From an uncultured Verrucomicrobiae bacterium (GTDB lineage Bacteria > Verrucomicrobiota > Verrucomicrobiia > Limisphaerales > SIBH01), in contig CAVXCM010000013.1 of the NCBI GenBank assembly GCA_963760275.1, forward strand, positions 910,653 to 974,652: a stretch of 64,000 nucleotides of DNA, read 5' to 3'. Below, one piece after another: positions 20,797 through 29,671 of this stretch. How positions within the stretch are numbered: the first letter of the stretch is position 1; every line of letters begins with the position of its first letter. The notes below the pieces were generated by a model, which saw only the letters and a list, made by a program, of their open reading frames with translations, was not told where the DNA came from and did no database searches. The position numbers and the translations under genes are program-made.

Positions 20797-22301
20797 GGCG
20801 CCGTGACCGCACCATCCAGCGCGCGAATGGGCCAGAGCGGTGACTTCACGTGTTGCTGGTCCAGCAAGGCGGCCAACTTTTTCACGACGACGGGCTCTTG
20901 CGAAGCGACGTCCATCGTCTCGCCCGGATCGTTTGCGAGATTGTACAGTTCAATGCGTCCGGGAGTTTGATCCCTGGCATTGCGTGGCGGATTTAGCCGG
21001 GTGCGAATCGCTTTCCAATCCCCCACCCGCACGCATTGTTGTCCGCCGTAACCTGGAGATTCGCGGTAAAGAAAAGGACGCGGCGGTTGAGCGTGGCCCA
21101 ACAGTGTCGGGGCAAAACTAATTCCGTCTGTTCCTGCCGGCACCGAACTCTTTGCGCCGGTGAGTTCCAACAACGTGGGCAGCCAGTCTTCAAAGCCTGT
21201 CACGCGATCGCTGGAACTGCCGGGCTTGATTTGGCCGGGCCAGCGAACCAGGCATGGGATGCGAAAACCGCCTTCGTAATACGAGCCCTTGCGCCCGCGC
21301 CAGCCTGCGGCGCTGCGGAAGAAATCCGTGTCCGTTCCTCCGAGTTGATCGTACAGCGGTCCATTGTCGCTGGTAAAAATGACCAGCGTCCGTTCGTCCA
21401 ATCCAAGTTCCTTCAGCAACGCCAGCACCCGGCCCACATCCCGATCCATTCGCGTGATCATTGCGGCGTAAGCTGCCCGTGGCGTGCGGTGGGGCAGGTA
21501 GCCGCGGCCGCCGGGATAGGGCGTCTCAGGAAATCGTCCTTCGAATTCCCGCAGGGAATCCTCCGGCACTTGCAACGCGAGATGCGGCACCGTCGTCGGG
21601 TAGTAGAGGAAGAAAGGGCGATCCTTATTCTCGCGCAGGAAACGCAGCGCTTCGCGCCCAATGAGGTCGGGCGCGTAATCTGTGCCGGTGAACTTTACAT
21701 AGCTGGCGGGCGCATTCGGATCGGCACCAGCCGGGAGTTTTTGGTGGGCGGAGAATTTCTCGTTCCTCAGCACCGTGCGAGTGGCGTTGGACCAGAGATG
21801 AGTAGGATAAGAATTGTGCGCCACGGCCTGGCAGTTGAAGCCAAAGAAGCGATCGAACCCCTGCCGCAGCGGATCACCCGAACTGCCGACCGGACCGAGG
21901 CCCCATTTTCCGAAGGCACCCAGTCGATACCCTTCAGCCTTCAACAAAAGGGGGAGTTTCAACTCGCCCGGCGGCACCGGTTGCTGGCCTTCGCCGTTTT
22001 CGCCAAGGCCGCCGCGATTCTCCCGGATGTACCCATGTCCGGGATGTTTCCCGGAGAGCAATGCGCAGCGGGACGGGGCACAAACGTTATGCCCGGAATA
22101 GTGTGCCGTGAACTTCATTCCTTCCGCGGCCAAACGATCAATGTTCGGCGTCTTGAACTTCTCCTGCCCGTAACAACTCAGGTCTCCATATCCCAAATCG
22201 TCCGCCAGGATGAACACGACGTTCGGGCGATCCGCCGCCACGACTGTCAGGGCAACGGCGAGCCAGCTCGCGCTAATAATCCACTTCCGGCACCAGTTCA
22301 T
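20793..22301 (-). CDS. arylsulfatase-family sulfatase (formylglycine-dependent)
   Basis: RPNVVFILADDLGYGDLSCYG and the CxPxR motif in NVCAPSRCALLSGKHPGH. N-terminal signal peptide. The start overlaps the upstream stop by ATGA. Confidence 0.9.
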   Translation of the reverse strand: MNWCRKWIISASWLAVALTVVAADRPNVVFILADDLGYGDLSCYGQEKFKTPNIDRLAAEGMKFTAHYSGHNVCAPSRCALLSGKHPGHGYIRENRGGLGENGEGQQPVPPGELKLPLLLKAEGYRLGAFGKWGLGPVGSSGDPLRQGFDRFFGFNCQAVAHNSYPTHLWSNATRTVLRNEKFSAHQKLPAGADPNAPASYVKFTGTDYAPDLIGREALRFLRENKDRPFFLYYPTTVPHLALQVPEDSLREFEGRFPETPYPGGRGYLPHRTPRAAYAAMITRMDRDVGRVLALLKELGLDERTLVIFTSDNGPLYDQLGGTDTDFFRSAAGWRGRKGSYYEGGFRIPCLVRWPGQIKPGSSSDRVTGFEDWLPTLLELTGAKSSVPAGTDGISFAPTLLGHAQPPRPFLYRESPGYGGQQCVRVGDWKAIRTRLNPPRNARDQTPGRIELYNLANDPGETMDVASQEPVVVKKLAALLDQQHVKSPLWPIRALDGAVTAP

Positions 22302-23182
22302 TGTGAGAGTTTCTCCGCGATTTTATGGAACCGTTTTCTTATCTCTGCCGACGTTCCAATCGTCAACCACGCGTCATACTCGAACTTCATTCCGGGCGTG
22401 ATGGCGAAATCCTTGATGGGCGCAAAGTAAGAGCACGAGCCGTGATCCCGCTTCCCATCTCCGAAGCGATAGCACGTCAGCGACGTTGCCACGGGCACAA
22501 ACACGCCCACTCCCACGTCGCTGGCATTGACATATGCCGCCCATCGCTCGGTGAATCGCCGGTACTCGTTCGGCCAACCCGGCTTAAAGCCGACGATCGG
22601 CTCACCTGCCCAGGCGTTCGTGCCTTCGTAAACCAGCAGCGTGCTGTACTGCGGCTCGACGAACACGGCAGGAAGTTCCTGGCTTCGATTGGGATGTGTG
22701 TTTGTCCCGGTATAAGTCATCCGAAACTTTACGTGCGCCAACAAACCGGTGAGCGAAATCCATTCCTCGAAGATCACCTCTGGCAAATCTGCGCCGGTGG
22801 CCCAATGCTTCGCCATCGTTTTGGCGTAGAGCGACGATCCTTCTAATTTTAACTCCAGGACGGTTGCCGGTTCGTGATTCCAGCCGCCGCCTTGCACTGG
22901 GTTCCAGTGCCACGGCTGGTTGTTCCACATCGATCCATCCTTGGCGCCGTAGAACGATTGCTGTACCAGCCTCCCGCGGTCCCAGTGATTGATCACGTTC
23001 TCGCCGGTGGCATTGAGCGCAAGATATGCGATGCCGGCGCCGGAGGATTTCTTTACACCCAGGCGCAAGGCACCGTTTTCGATGTATACGAAGTCGTTGG
23101 TCGCGCGCTCGGCGGGCGCGGCGGAGAGGAACCACGGAAGACACAGCAGACACAGAATCAGGAGGCGAAGGACATTCGTCAT
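22298..23182 (-). CDS. secreted hypothetical protein
   Basis: Signal peptide MTNVLRLLILCLLCLPWFLSAAPA. 294-aa Trp-rich ORF translationally coupled (ATGA) to the sulfatase. I recognise no family. Confidence 0.55.
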   Translation of the reverse strand: MTNVLRLLILCLLCLPWFLSAAPAERATNDFVYIENGALRLGVKKSSGAGIAYLALNATGENVINHWDRGRLVQQSFYGAKDGSMWNNQPWHWNPVQGGGWNHEPATVLELKLEGSSLYAKTMAKHWATGADLPEVIFEEWISLTGLLAHVKFRMTYTGTNTHPNRSQELPAVFVEPQYSTLLVYEGTNAWAGEPIVGFKPGWPNEYRRFTERWAAYVNASDVGVGVFVPVATSLTCYRFGDGKRDHGSCSYFAPIKDFAITPGMKFEYDAWLTIGTSAEIRKRFHKIAEKLSQ

Positions 23183-23210
23183 AGGCGTGCGTTTCTACTT
23201 TGCCCACCAC

Positions 23211-24134
23211 TCAACGTATCCCCCAACAGAACGGATCTCGTTCATCGAGCAGGAGCGTAGCCTCTGAATTGACGAATGCGGTACCCGTGATAATGGGAAT
23301 GATTTTGTCGCCATCGCGTCGATAACGGCCGGTGAAGGAACTGCCAATCAAGCTTTCCTGCACCCACGAGTCACCTTCCTTGAGCTTTCCGTCGGCAGCG
23401 AGACAAGCGAGCTTTGCACTGGTGCCAGTGCCGCAGGGCGAACGGTCGTAGGCTTTGCCGGGACAGAGGACGAAGTTGCGCGAATGGCCGCCAGGCAATT
23501 GCGGCGGGCCAAACAGTTCAACGTGATCCACTTCGGGATAACCCTGCGCGTTCAGCGCCTGTCGAATCGCCCATGAAAGTTCCGTGAGCTTCTCGACGTT
23601 GCTCAAGGCCAGCGACTGGCCGTGTTGCTCCACGAGAAAGAACCAGTTGCCGCCCCACGCCAAGTCGCCGGTTATTTTGCCCACGCCCGGCACGTCCACC
23701 GTCACGCCCTTGGCCTTGCGATAGCTCGGCACGTTCTCGACGGACACCGAGCCATCCTCGTGCAACGTGGCCGTGACCACGCCCACGCACGTTTCGATGC
23801 GATGCGCGCCCGGCTGGATGCGCCCCAGATGCGCGAGCGTGACGATCAGGCCGATGGTCCCATGCCCGCACATTTGCAAAGGCCCGACGTTGTTGAAGAA
23901 GATGACTCCGGTGACGCATGTCGTATCCGTCGGCGCCACGAGCAGCGCGCCGACAATCACATCCGAACCGCGCGGTTCGTTGACGACGGCAGAGCGGAAG
24001 TGGTCATGCTTTTCGCGGAACAACTTCACACGCTCCGCGATGGGGGCGTTCCCAAGATCCGGCCCGCCGCTGATGACGATGCGTGTTGGTTCACCGCCAG
24101 TGTGGGAGTCAATGATTTGGATGCGTTTCAACAT
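23211..24134 (-). CDS. proline racemase-family enzyme, most likely 4-hydroxyproline 2-epimerase
   Basis: [14 protein letters not shown]-terminus. Both catalytic Cys contexts are present ([10 protein letters not shown] and [11 protein letters not shown]). Confidence 0.88.
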   Translation of the reverse strand: MLKRIQIIDSHTGGEPTRIVISGGPDLGNAPIAERVKLFREKHDHFRSAVVNEPRGSDVIVGALLVAPTDTTCVTGVIFFNNVGPLQMCGHGTIGLIVTLAHLGRIQPGAHRIETCVGVVTATLHEDGSVSVENVPSYRKAKGVTVDVPGVGKITGDLAWGGNWFFLVEQHGQSLALSNVEKLTELSWAIRQALNAQGYPEVDHVELFGPPQLPGGHSRNFVLCPGKAYDRSPCGTGTSAKLACLAADGKLKEGDSWVQESLIGSSFTGRYRRDGDKIIPIITGTAFVNSEATLLLDERDPFCWGIR

Positions 24135-24168
24135 GGATACTTCTTCAGTTGGATGGCTGGTCTCACGT

Positions 24169-25548
24169 TCAGTTCACCCTCAGTGCCCGCTGAATCCTTA
24201 TCGCCGGCTTGAGCGATTGGCCGTCAGCCGGGGCGGCGTGAATCTTCCGCACCACGTCCATGCCCTTCACCACTTTGCCAAAGGCGGCGAAGCCCTGGCC
24301 GTCGGGATTCCGTTTGCCGCCAAAGTCCAGTTCAGGCTGGTCGCCGACGCAGATGAAGAAGTGGTCCTGCGCGCTGTCCGGCTCCGCGCGCGCCATCGAG
24401 ATGGTGCCGTCGAGATGCTTCAGCCCGGTGTCGCGCGTGCGCTCGATTTGGATGGGCGGGAAGAACTCGTTGGTCTTCGCCGGATTGGCCGAGGCTTGAA
24501 TCACGGCAATCTTCACCGCGTTCGTCGGCTGGTTTGCGGACGTGACGGTGCGGTGGAACTCGCCGTCGTTGTAGAGACCGGCCTGCACGTAGCGCAGGAA
24601 ATTCGTCACGGTCTGCGGCGCGGCTTTCGCATCCAGTTCCACTTCAATCACGCCGAGCGCGGTCTCGATGGAGACGCGCGGCTTCTCCGGCACGTCCGGT
24701 TTGCGCCATTGGAAGCGCGGGGCCTTGCTGGCGTCGTAGCCGGCGAGATGCGCGCGGTCGGCGGCGGCGCGGAGGGCAGGTTTCTTGTAGCGCCACGGGC
24801 CATCCCCGAAAACCTCGGCGCACAGCGCGGCGACCTTCGGATCGTATTCCTTCAACTGCGCGCGAGTGTGGACGTGGTTGTGCAGCGCGTCGTTGCGGCG
24901 GTTGTCGTCGAACCAGTTCTGCGCGGCCTCGGCCCAATACTCGCCGGGATTGCTCGCGGCGTAGGTGCCTTTCCACAGGCCGGCAGTTGGTCGCGCTTTG
25001 ATACGCCTCACGCAGGCGGCGATCGAACGTCGGGTCAATCGCCCGCAACGCCACGCCGTGAATGACGTGCGAGAACTCATGCACCAGAATGTTCTCGGTC
25101 GAATACGGATCGCCCGGGAAGCTCAGCATGTTTTCCTCCGCACAACTGGCGATGCGCCCGCCCAATCCACGCGCGCGGCGATCCCAATACACCTTCGGGG
25201 TCATGTTCGCCTGCTCGGGGATGTCGGTCGTGTATTCGTTGTGCGCCATCACGACGAGCCGCGCGCCATTCGTGGCGAGCGCATGGAGGATGTCCGCGCG
25301 GTTCGTGAGCATCTGCCGAATCACCCAGGCCGACTCCAACATCGCGAAGTCCGAGACGTTCGAAGAGCCGAGGATGGGAAAGCCGTCGAGGTCGATGTGC
25401 TTCTGGTAGAACGGGGCGAGTTTGGCGCTGCGCCGCAACTCATCGGAAACCGGGCGAACAACGTCGGCAGCGGACGCGGCGAAGCCACAAAGAATTATTA
25501 CCGCAGAGGCGCAGAGGCGCAGAAATGGGGGGACAGAAGTGGGAACAA
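24169..25548 (-). CDS. HExxH zinc-metallopeptidase-like domain fused to cyclophilin-type peptidyl-prolyl isomerase; one frame break at about 24985; start unresolved
   Basis: N-terminal domain carries [14 protein letters not shown] and, after the frame switch, [14 protein letters not shown]. The C-terminal ~165 aa is cyclophilin-like ([36 protein letters not shown]...GTISMARA...[12 protein letters not shown]...[14 protein letters not shown]). A signal-like [19 protein letters not shown] has no in-frame canonical start before it. The only upstream Met codons lie inside the REP element. Confidence 0.7.
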
Positions 25549-25583
25549 AGGCCGTGCTCGATCGTCGCGATGCGCTTCCGCGC

Positions 25584-25675
25584 GAAGCCCGGAGGGCTTC
25601 AACACGAATAGCCCCCGGTGCAACCGGGGGTAACGGCGTGAAGGAAGAAACCAACCCCGGAGGGGTTGAACCCAA
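25584..25675. repeat. REP-like cluster of three GC-rich hairpins (left flank of RAYT)
   Basis: Three 7-bp-stem hairpins: GAAGCCCggaGGGCTTC (25584-25600), CCCCCGGtgcaaCCGGGGG (25611-25629), CAACCCCggaGGGGTTG (25652-25668). It is the near-perfect reverse complement of 26188..26276. Confidence 0.85.
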
Positions 25676-25719
25676 TCGCGCCGTCTGTCCAAACACCGCC
25701 TGAACCATGGCACACGTCT

Positions 25720-26166
25720 TCATGGCAAAAACCTTTCATCCAGTTCCATCCCCGCCCTCTGCAACATATCCCGATATTCTTCCAGAAACGGCACGGCGCG
25801 ATGATGTTCCTCCTGTCCCTTGATGTATTCGATCAATCCATCCCGTTCCGCCCACGAACAGGTCAGCGCGGCATAACCCTCCTGCCACCCCTCAAACTCC
25901 GGGAACACACGCTCATCTTTGATCCATTTCGACGAAGCGACCTTGAGGTCTTTGATGAAATCCGCGAGCGCCACCGTTGGATGCAGTGAGGAGAGGATGT
26001 GAACGTGATCTTCCACACCACCAATGCGGTAGAGATGACAGTCGTGGTTTTTGATGACGCCCCAGAGGTAGCGGAACAGATCGTCACGCCTGGCTTTGTT
26101 CAGAACACGCCGCCGCCCCTTCGTCGCGAAGACGATGTGATAGACGATTTGCGTGTAGTTGGACAT
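25720..26166 (-). CDS. REP-associated tyrosine transposase (RAYT; IS200/IS605 TnpA-like HUH Y1 enzyme)
   Basis: MSNYTQIVYHIVFATKGRRRVL..., HUH motif DHVHIL, C-terminal LIEYIKGQEEHH (Tyr helix). 148 aa, the typical size. Confidence 0.85.
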   Translation of the reverse strand: MSNYTQIVYHIVFATKGRRRVLNKARRDDLFRYLWGVIKNHDCHLYRIGGVEDHVHILSSLHPTVALADFIKDLKVASSKWIKDERVFPEFEGWQEGYAALTCSWAERDGLIEYIKGQEEHHRAVPFLEEYRDMLQRAGMELDERFLP

Positions 26167-26187
26167 GGCTGGGAATGGTTCGTCGTT

Positions 26188-26276
26188 GGATTCAACCCCT
26201 TCGGGGTTGCGTCGTAATTCGGTTCGTTACCCCCGGTTGCACCGGGGGCTATTCACGTTGAAGCCCTCCGGGCTTC
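26188..26276. repeat. REP-like cluster of three GC-rich hairpins (right flank of RAYT, inverted)
   Basis: CAACCCCttcGGGGTTG (26193-26209), CCCCCGGttgcaCCGGGGG (26230-26248), GAAGCCCtccGGGCTTC (26260-26276). The order is mirrored relative to the left flank. Confidence 0.85.
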
Positions 26277-26314
26277 CGTTGTGGGCATTCGTGAGCTCAG
26301 TTTCCTTTCGCGAT

Positions 26315-27225
26315 TTACTTCCGCTTCGGAATCTTCGGCCGGCTGGCGATGCCGTCGTGGATGATCTTCAGCACGCGTTTGCGTTCCTCGCCTTTCAACA
26401 CGAGGCGCGGCGCGCGAACCCATTCCTTGCCAAGACCGGCTTCCTGCACGGCCAGCTTGATGTATTGCACAAACTTCGTGCTGACATCGAGGTGCAGCAG
26501 CGGCGTGAACCAGCGGTAAATGTCGCGGGCCTCGTCCCATTCGCCGCGCCGGGTCAGTTCCCAGAAATATTGGTTCTCCGCCGGGAAGGCGATGCCGCTG
26601 CCGGCCACCCAGCCGTCGATGCCGAGGATGCTCGCCTCCAGCGCGAGGTTGTCCACGCCGGTGAAAATGGCGTAGCGGCCACCGACCGTATTGTGCAGGT
26701 CGGTGATGCGGCGCACGTCGCCGGAACTTTCCTTGAGCGCGACGAAGTTCTTCTGATCGGCCAGCTTGCGCGAACAGCTCGGGCGTGATGTCGTTCGCGT
26801 AGCTGATCGGGTTGTTGTAAATCATGATCGGCAACCCGGTGCACTTCGCCACGGTGCGGAAGTGCGTCAGCGTTTCGTCCGGGTCGCCTTTGTAGAGCAT
26901 GGCGGGCATGAGCATTACGCCGTCGGCGCCGAGCTTCTCCACGTCGCGCACGTAACGCACCGCTTCCGCCGTGCTGGTTTCGGCGACGCCGCTCAGGACC
27001 GGGATGCGGCCGTTCACCGCCTCGATCATCGCGGTCATCACGCGGCGCTTTTCCTCGCCGGTCATGGGCTGGTTCTCGCCGAGCGAGCCGAGGAAGATCA
27101 TGCCGCTCGACGCCGGACTTGATGAGCGCTTCGACGTGACGCGCGGTCGCGTCAAGGTCGAGCGAGCCGTCCTTGTGCATTTGGGTGGTGATGGCGGGAA
27201 AGACGCCTTGCCAGATGTGTTTCAT
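26315..27225 (-). CDS. DapA/DHDPS-family lyase (candidate pyrroline-4-hydroxy-2-carboxylate deaminase), two +1 frame breaks at about 27105 and 26766
   Basis: MKHIWQGVFPAITTQMHKDGSLDLDATARHVEALIKSGVE / GMIFLGSLGENQPMTGEEKRRVM...GADGVMLMPAMLYK...IMIYNNP / LADQKNFVALKESSGDVRRITDL...LGIDGWVAGSG lie in three successive frames. Confidence 0.8.
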
Positions 27226-27258
27226 GTCAGTGATTCGTGGTCAGTGTTGGGATTGGAA

Positions 27259-29460
27259 TCAAAATGCTACGTCCAGTTTGTTCAATGTGAGGTAAAGCGG
27301 CCCGGCCGCCGATGGCCCGGTTGTGAAGGGCAGATTGTACCGCACTTCCATCTGCATCACGGGTCGCAACTCAGCCGTCTCAATGAAAACAGATTTACCG
27401 TCGGGCAACACTTTCGCAGAGCGCACGGCGACTTCATCGCGGCCTTCCTTGCCCGGATCGGCGGAGGAGTAATCCTTTGAACCGTAGTCGGCGGCGTAGC
27501 GGTAGTTCCATTGCTTCAACGCATAGCTTCCTGGATCTTCGGCGGCGGCTCTGTCGAGAGGCTCGGCGAATGTGAGTTTCAATCCGTTCCGATGCGCGTG
27601 CCAGGCGATGGGAGTGCGCGTGACGGTGCCGGTGCGGCGGACTCGTTGCAGTGAACCGTCTTTCGCGGCGCTGGTCTGCCAACCGGTGCTGCCGGCGATG
27701 TAGAGATGACCATCCTTCGGCGAGAACGTTCCGCGCATCGGTCCGGACAAAAATCTCCCGGGCAACGCGACGGCAGCGCCTTGTGGCTGGCCATCAACTA
27801 CATCACGTAAGATCAACGCCATGGCACAACGGCCCCAGAGCAGGTGCAACATTTTGCCACCGAGCGCGCCCCAGGCGCCTTCAGGCACCCAGACCTGGCT
27901 GGAGCTGGAATTATCAAACGCGTGGGGCAGCCAGCAGAGCGGCGCGTCGTATCCCAGCGGTCGCTCCGAATTTGCTCTCGGTCCACCATAGCCATAATGC
28001 GCGCCAGGCCTTACCTCGAAGATTGCCGAGGAGGGCGTCCACTCGCCCTGCTGCGGCGCGGTCGTGATGGTGGGCCCGGGCCCTACGCCGAGCCCGTTAG
28101 GATTTCGAAGGCCGGCGGCTAATGTCTCTTTTATCTCTCCATCCGCAGAAATGCGCTGCACGCCTTTGGGATCGACGTAGTAAAAATTGCCAGCCGCATC
28201 CTGTTCAAGGCAGGTCACGTAATCATGCCCGCCCGTCGACGTGGAAATGTTGTTGAAGAAGTTTTCATAGAAGTCTGCCTCACCGTCTCCATTCTCGTCG
28301 TGCAACACGGTGATTTGGTCTCGACCGAGAACATAAATCTTTCCGTCGCGCACCCGCAGGCCCAACGGCTGAAACAAACCCGTCGCGAACCTGCGCCACG
28401 TGAGTTTTTGGAGACTTTCATCAACCCCACTGACAAGCCAGACGTCGCCATGAATGGTGCAAATCGCTGCGTCGCCATCCGGCAGAAAATCCACGCCGGA
28501 GACAAACATGAGCGCCTTCCAGGGGTTGTCGTACGGTAGCGTCAATGTGTCGATGGCGAATCCATCAGTGGCGAAGCCGCGCTGTCCCTTGGTGGTCAGC
28601 GGCTTCCAGCGGGGCGCAGAGGCCTTCGCAAGTTTCGTTAAATCTTCTGCGGGGGCGGATTGTTTCACCACCGACGCCAGGGCGCTGGCGCTGTCCGTTG
28701 TGTAGAATAGTTTCGCGCGCAGGATTTCGTTGGTGGCAAGAAGGCGGAGCTTGAGCAGGCCGTTCTCCTCAAAAAGCTCGGCGGCATTCCCGAGCACGGC
28801 GAATCTTAAACGCTCGTCGCGTAACGCGACCGTGGCGACTTTCACTCCATCAACATTTGTGATTTCAACCGCCCTCGCTTGCGACAGTGTCAGCAAATTC
28901 TCGCTGTCTCGCGAGATTTCATAAGTGCGCGTCACGGCCGTGATCCCCGCTGCGCGTTCGACCCAGGGAGATTCGAGGACGCGAGTTTTACCCACGATGT
29001 ATTCGAGAACGACGCGAGCGTCACTCACGTGCAAACCGCGCCAGCGGACGGTTCCCCTCCACGCCGGAGATCCTGCGGCGAGGAAGCGTACTTCACCGTC
29101 CGGCTTAGGCGCGCGCACCAGACCGTATCGAGCGGAGTCAAACTTCAAAAATCCGTCCGTCCAAATTCCGCACAGCGTCGCGGTGGCGGTGTCGTACACA
29201 GCGGATACGATGCGCTCATTGCCCATGCGTATTGAAAGCCCCTTGGCCACCGAACCGCCTGGCAGCGCCACCACGGAGGAATGAAAGTTCCCAAGAACCG
29301 TTTTATTCCAGCGCGCATCCACCCAGTCTCCCTCGTCCTGCCGCTCGACGGACTTCCCTGCGGACGCAGTCTCGCCGGCACGCGGCGCCTCCGCCGACCA
29401 GGAAGTGAAACTCAACGCCAATGCGGCGGCACTGGTCACAAGGAATGCTTCAATCTTCAT
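27259..29460 (-). CDS. secreted beta-propeller protein, PVC-type putative membrane-bound dehydrogenase-like domain
   Basis: Signal peptide MKIEAFLVTSAAALALSFTSWSAEA. Core PLGLRVRDGKIYVLGRDQITVLHDENGDGEADFYENFF...GGHDYVTCLEQDAAGNFYYVD...GLRNPNGLGVGP resembles the soluble sugar-dehydrogenase-like propeller of Planctomycete/Verrucomicrobial proteins. I saw no CxxCH haem motif. Confidence 0.55.
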   Translation of the reverse strand: MKIEAFLVTSAAALALSFTSWSAEAPRAGETASAGKSVERQDEGDWVDARWNKTVLGNFHSSVVALPGGSVAKGLSIRMGNERIVSAVYDTATATLCGIWTDGFLKFDSARYGLVRAPKPDGEVRFLAAGSPAWRGTVRWRGLHVSDARVVLEYIVGKTRVLESPWVERAAGITAVTRTYEISRDSENLLTLSQARAVEITNVDGVKVATVALRDERLRFAVLGNAAELFEENGLLKLRLLATNEILRAKLFYTTDSASALASVVKQSAPAEDLTKLAKASAPRWKPLTTKGQRGFATDGFAIDTLTLPYDNPWKALMFVSGVDFLPDGDAAICTIHGDVWLVSGVDESLQKLTWRRFATGLFQPLGLRVRDGKIYVLGRDQITVLHDENGDGEADFYENFFNNISTSTGGHDYVTCLEQDAAGNFYYVDPKGVQRISADGEIKETLAAGLRNPNGLGVGPGPTITTAPQQGEWTPSSAIFEVRPGAHYGYGGPRANSERPLGYDAPLCWLPHAFDNSSSSQVWVPEGAWGALGGKMLHLLWGRCAMALILRDVVDGQPQGAAVALPGRFLSGPMRGTFSPKDGHLYIAGSTGWQTSAAKDGSLQRVRRTGTVTRTPIAWHAHRNGLKLTFAEPLDRAAAEDPGSYALKQWNYRYAADYGSKDYSSADPGKEGRDEVAVRSAKVLPDGKSVFIETAELRPVMQMEVRYNLPFTTGPSAAGPLYLTLNKLDVAF

Positions 29461-29671
29461 TACAACGATGGAGTGTTTGTTGGCGAATTGGAATTGAACG
29501 GGGACGCGGATTCAACGCTGTTCGCGAGAAGGTCGCGCTGTGTTTTGGATTTCCTCTTTCCTAAGCGGGAAGAGATTTTCTGAAAGTGAGAATCGCGCAT
29601 CAGATCTTTGAGCGTTGATACAACGAGGCTGTCCTCAGCGAGCTCGGGAACGCACAAACAGTCGGTCCTGC

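Larger units (their letters stand above)
25584..26276 (-). mobile_element. RAYT-REP unit (transposase gene bracketed by inverted REP hairpin clusters)
   Basis: About 52 nt of each flank are reverse complements with 2 mismatches (GAAGCCCGGAGGGCTTCAACACGAATAGCCCCCGGTGCAACCGGGGGTAACG versus the reverse complement of 26225-26276). The unit sits between two metabolic genes. Confidence 0.8.

Noticed and set aside
24644-25723. The Met codons at 25723 and 25708 as the start of the protease-PPIase gene.
   Set aside because: They would translate the three REP hairpins into about 70 residues placed ahead of a signal-peptide-like segment. REP sequence is non-coding in every context I know of.
29547-29571. 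Hairpin CTCTTTCC-taagc-GGGAAGAG downstream of the DPP4-like gene.
   Set aside because: Pairing relies on a G-U pair that exists only on the plus strand, where nothing is transcribed toward it. On the minus (gene) strand it becomes a C-A mismatch, and there is no U-run.
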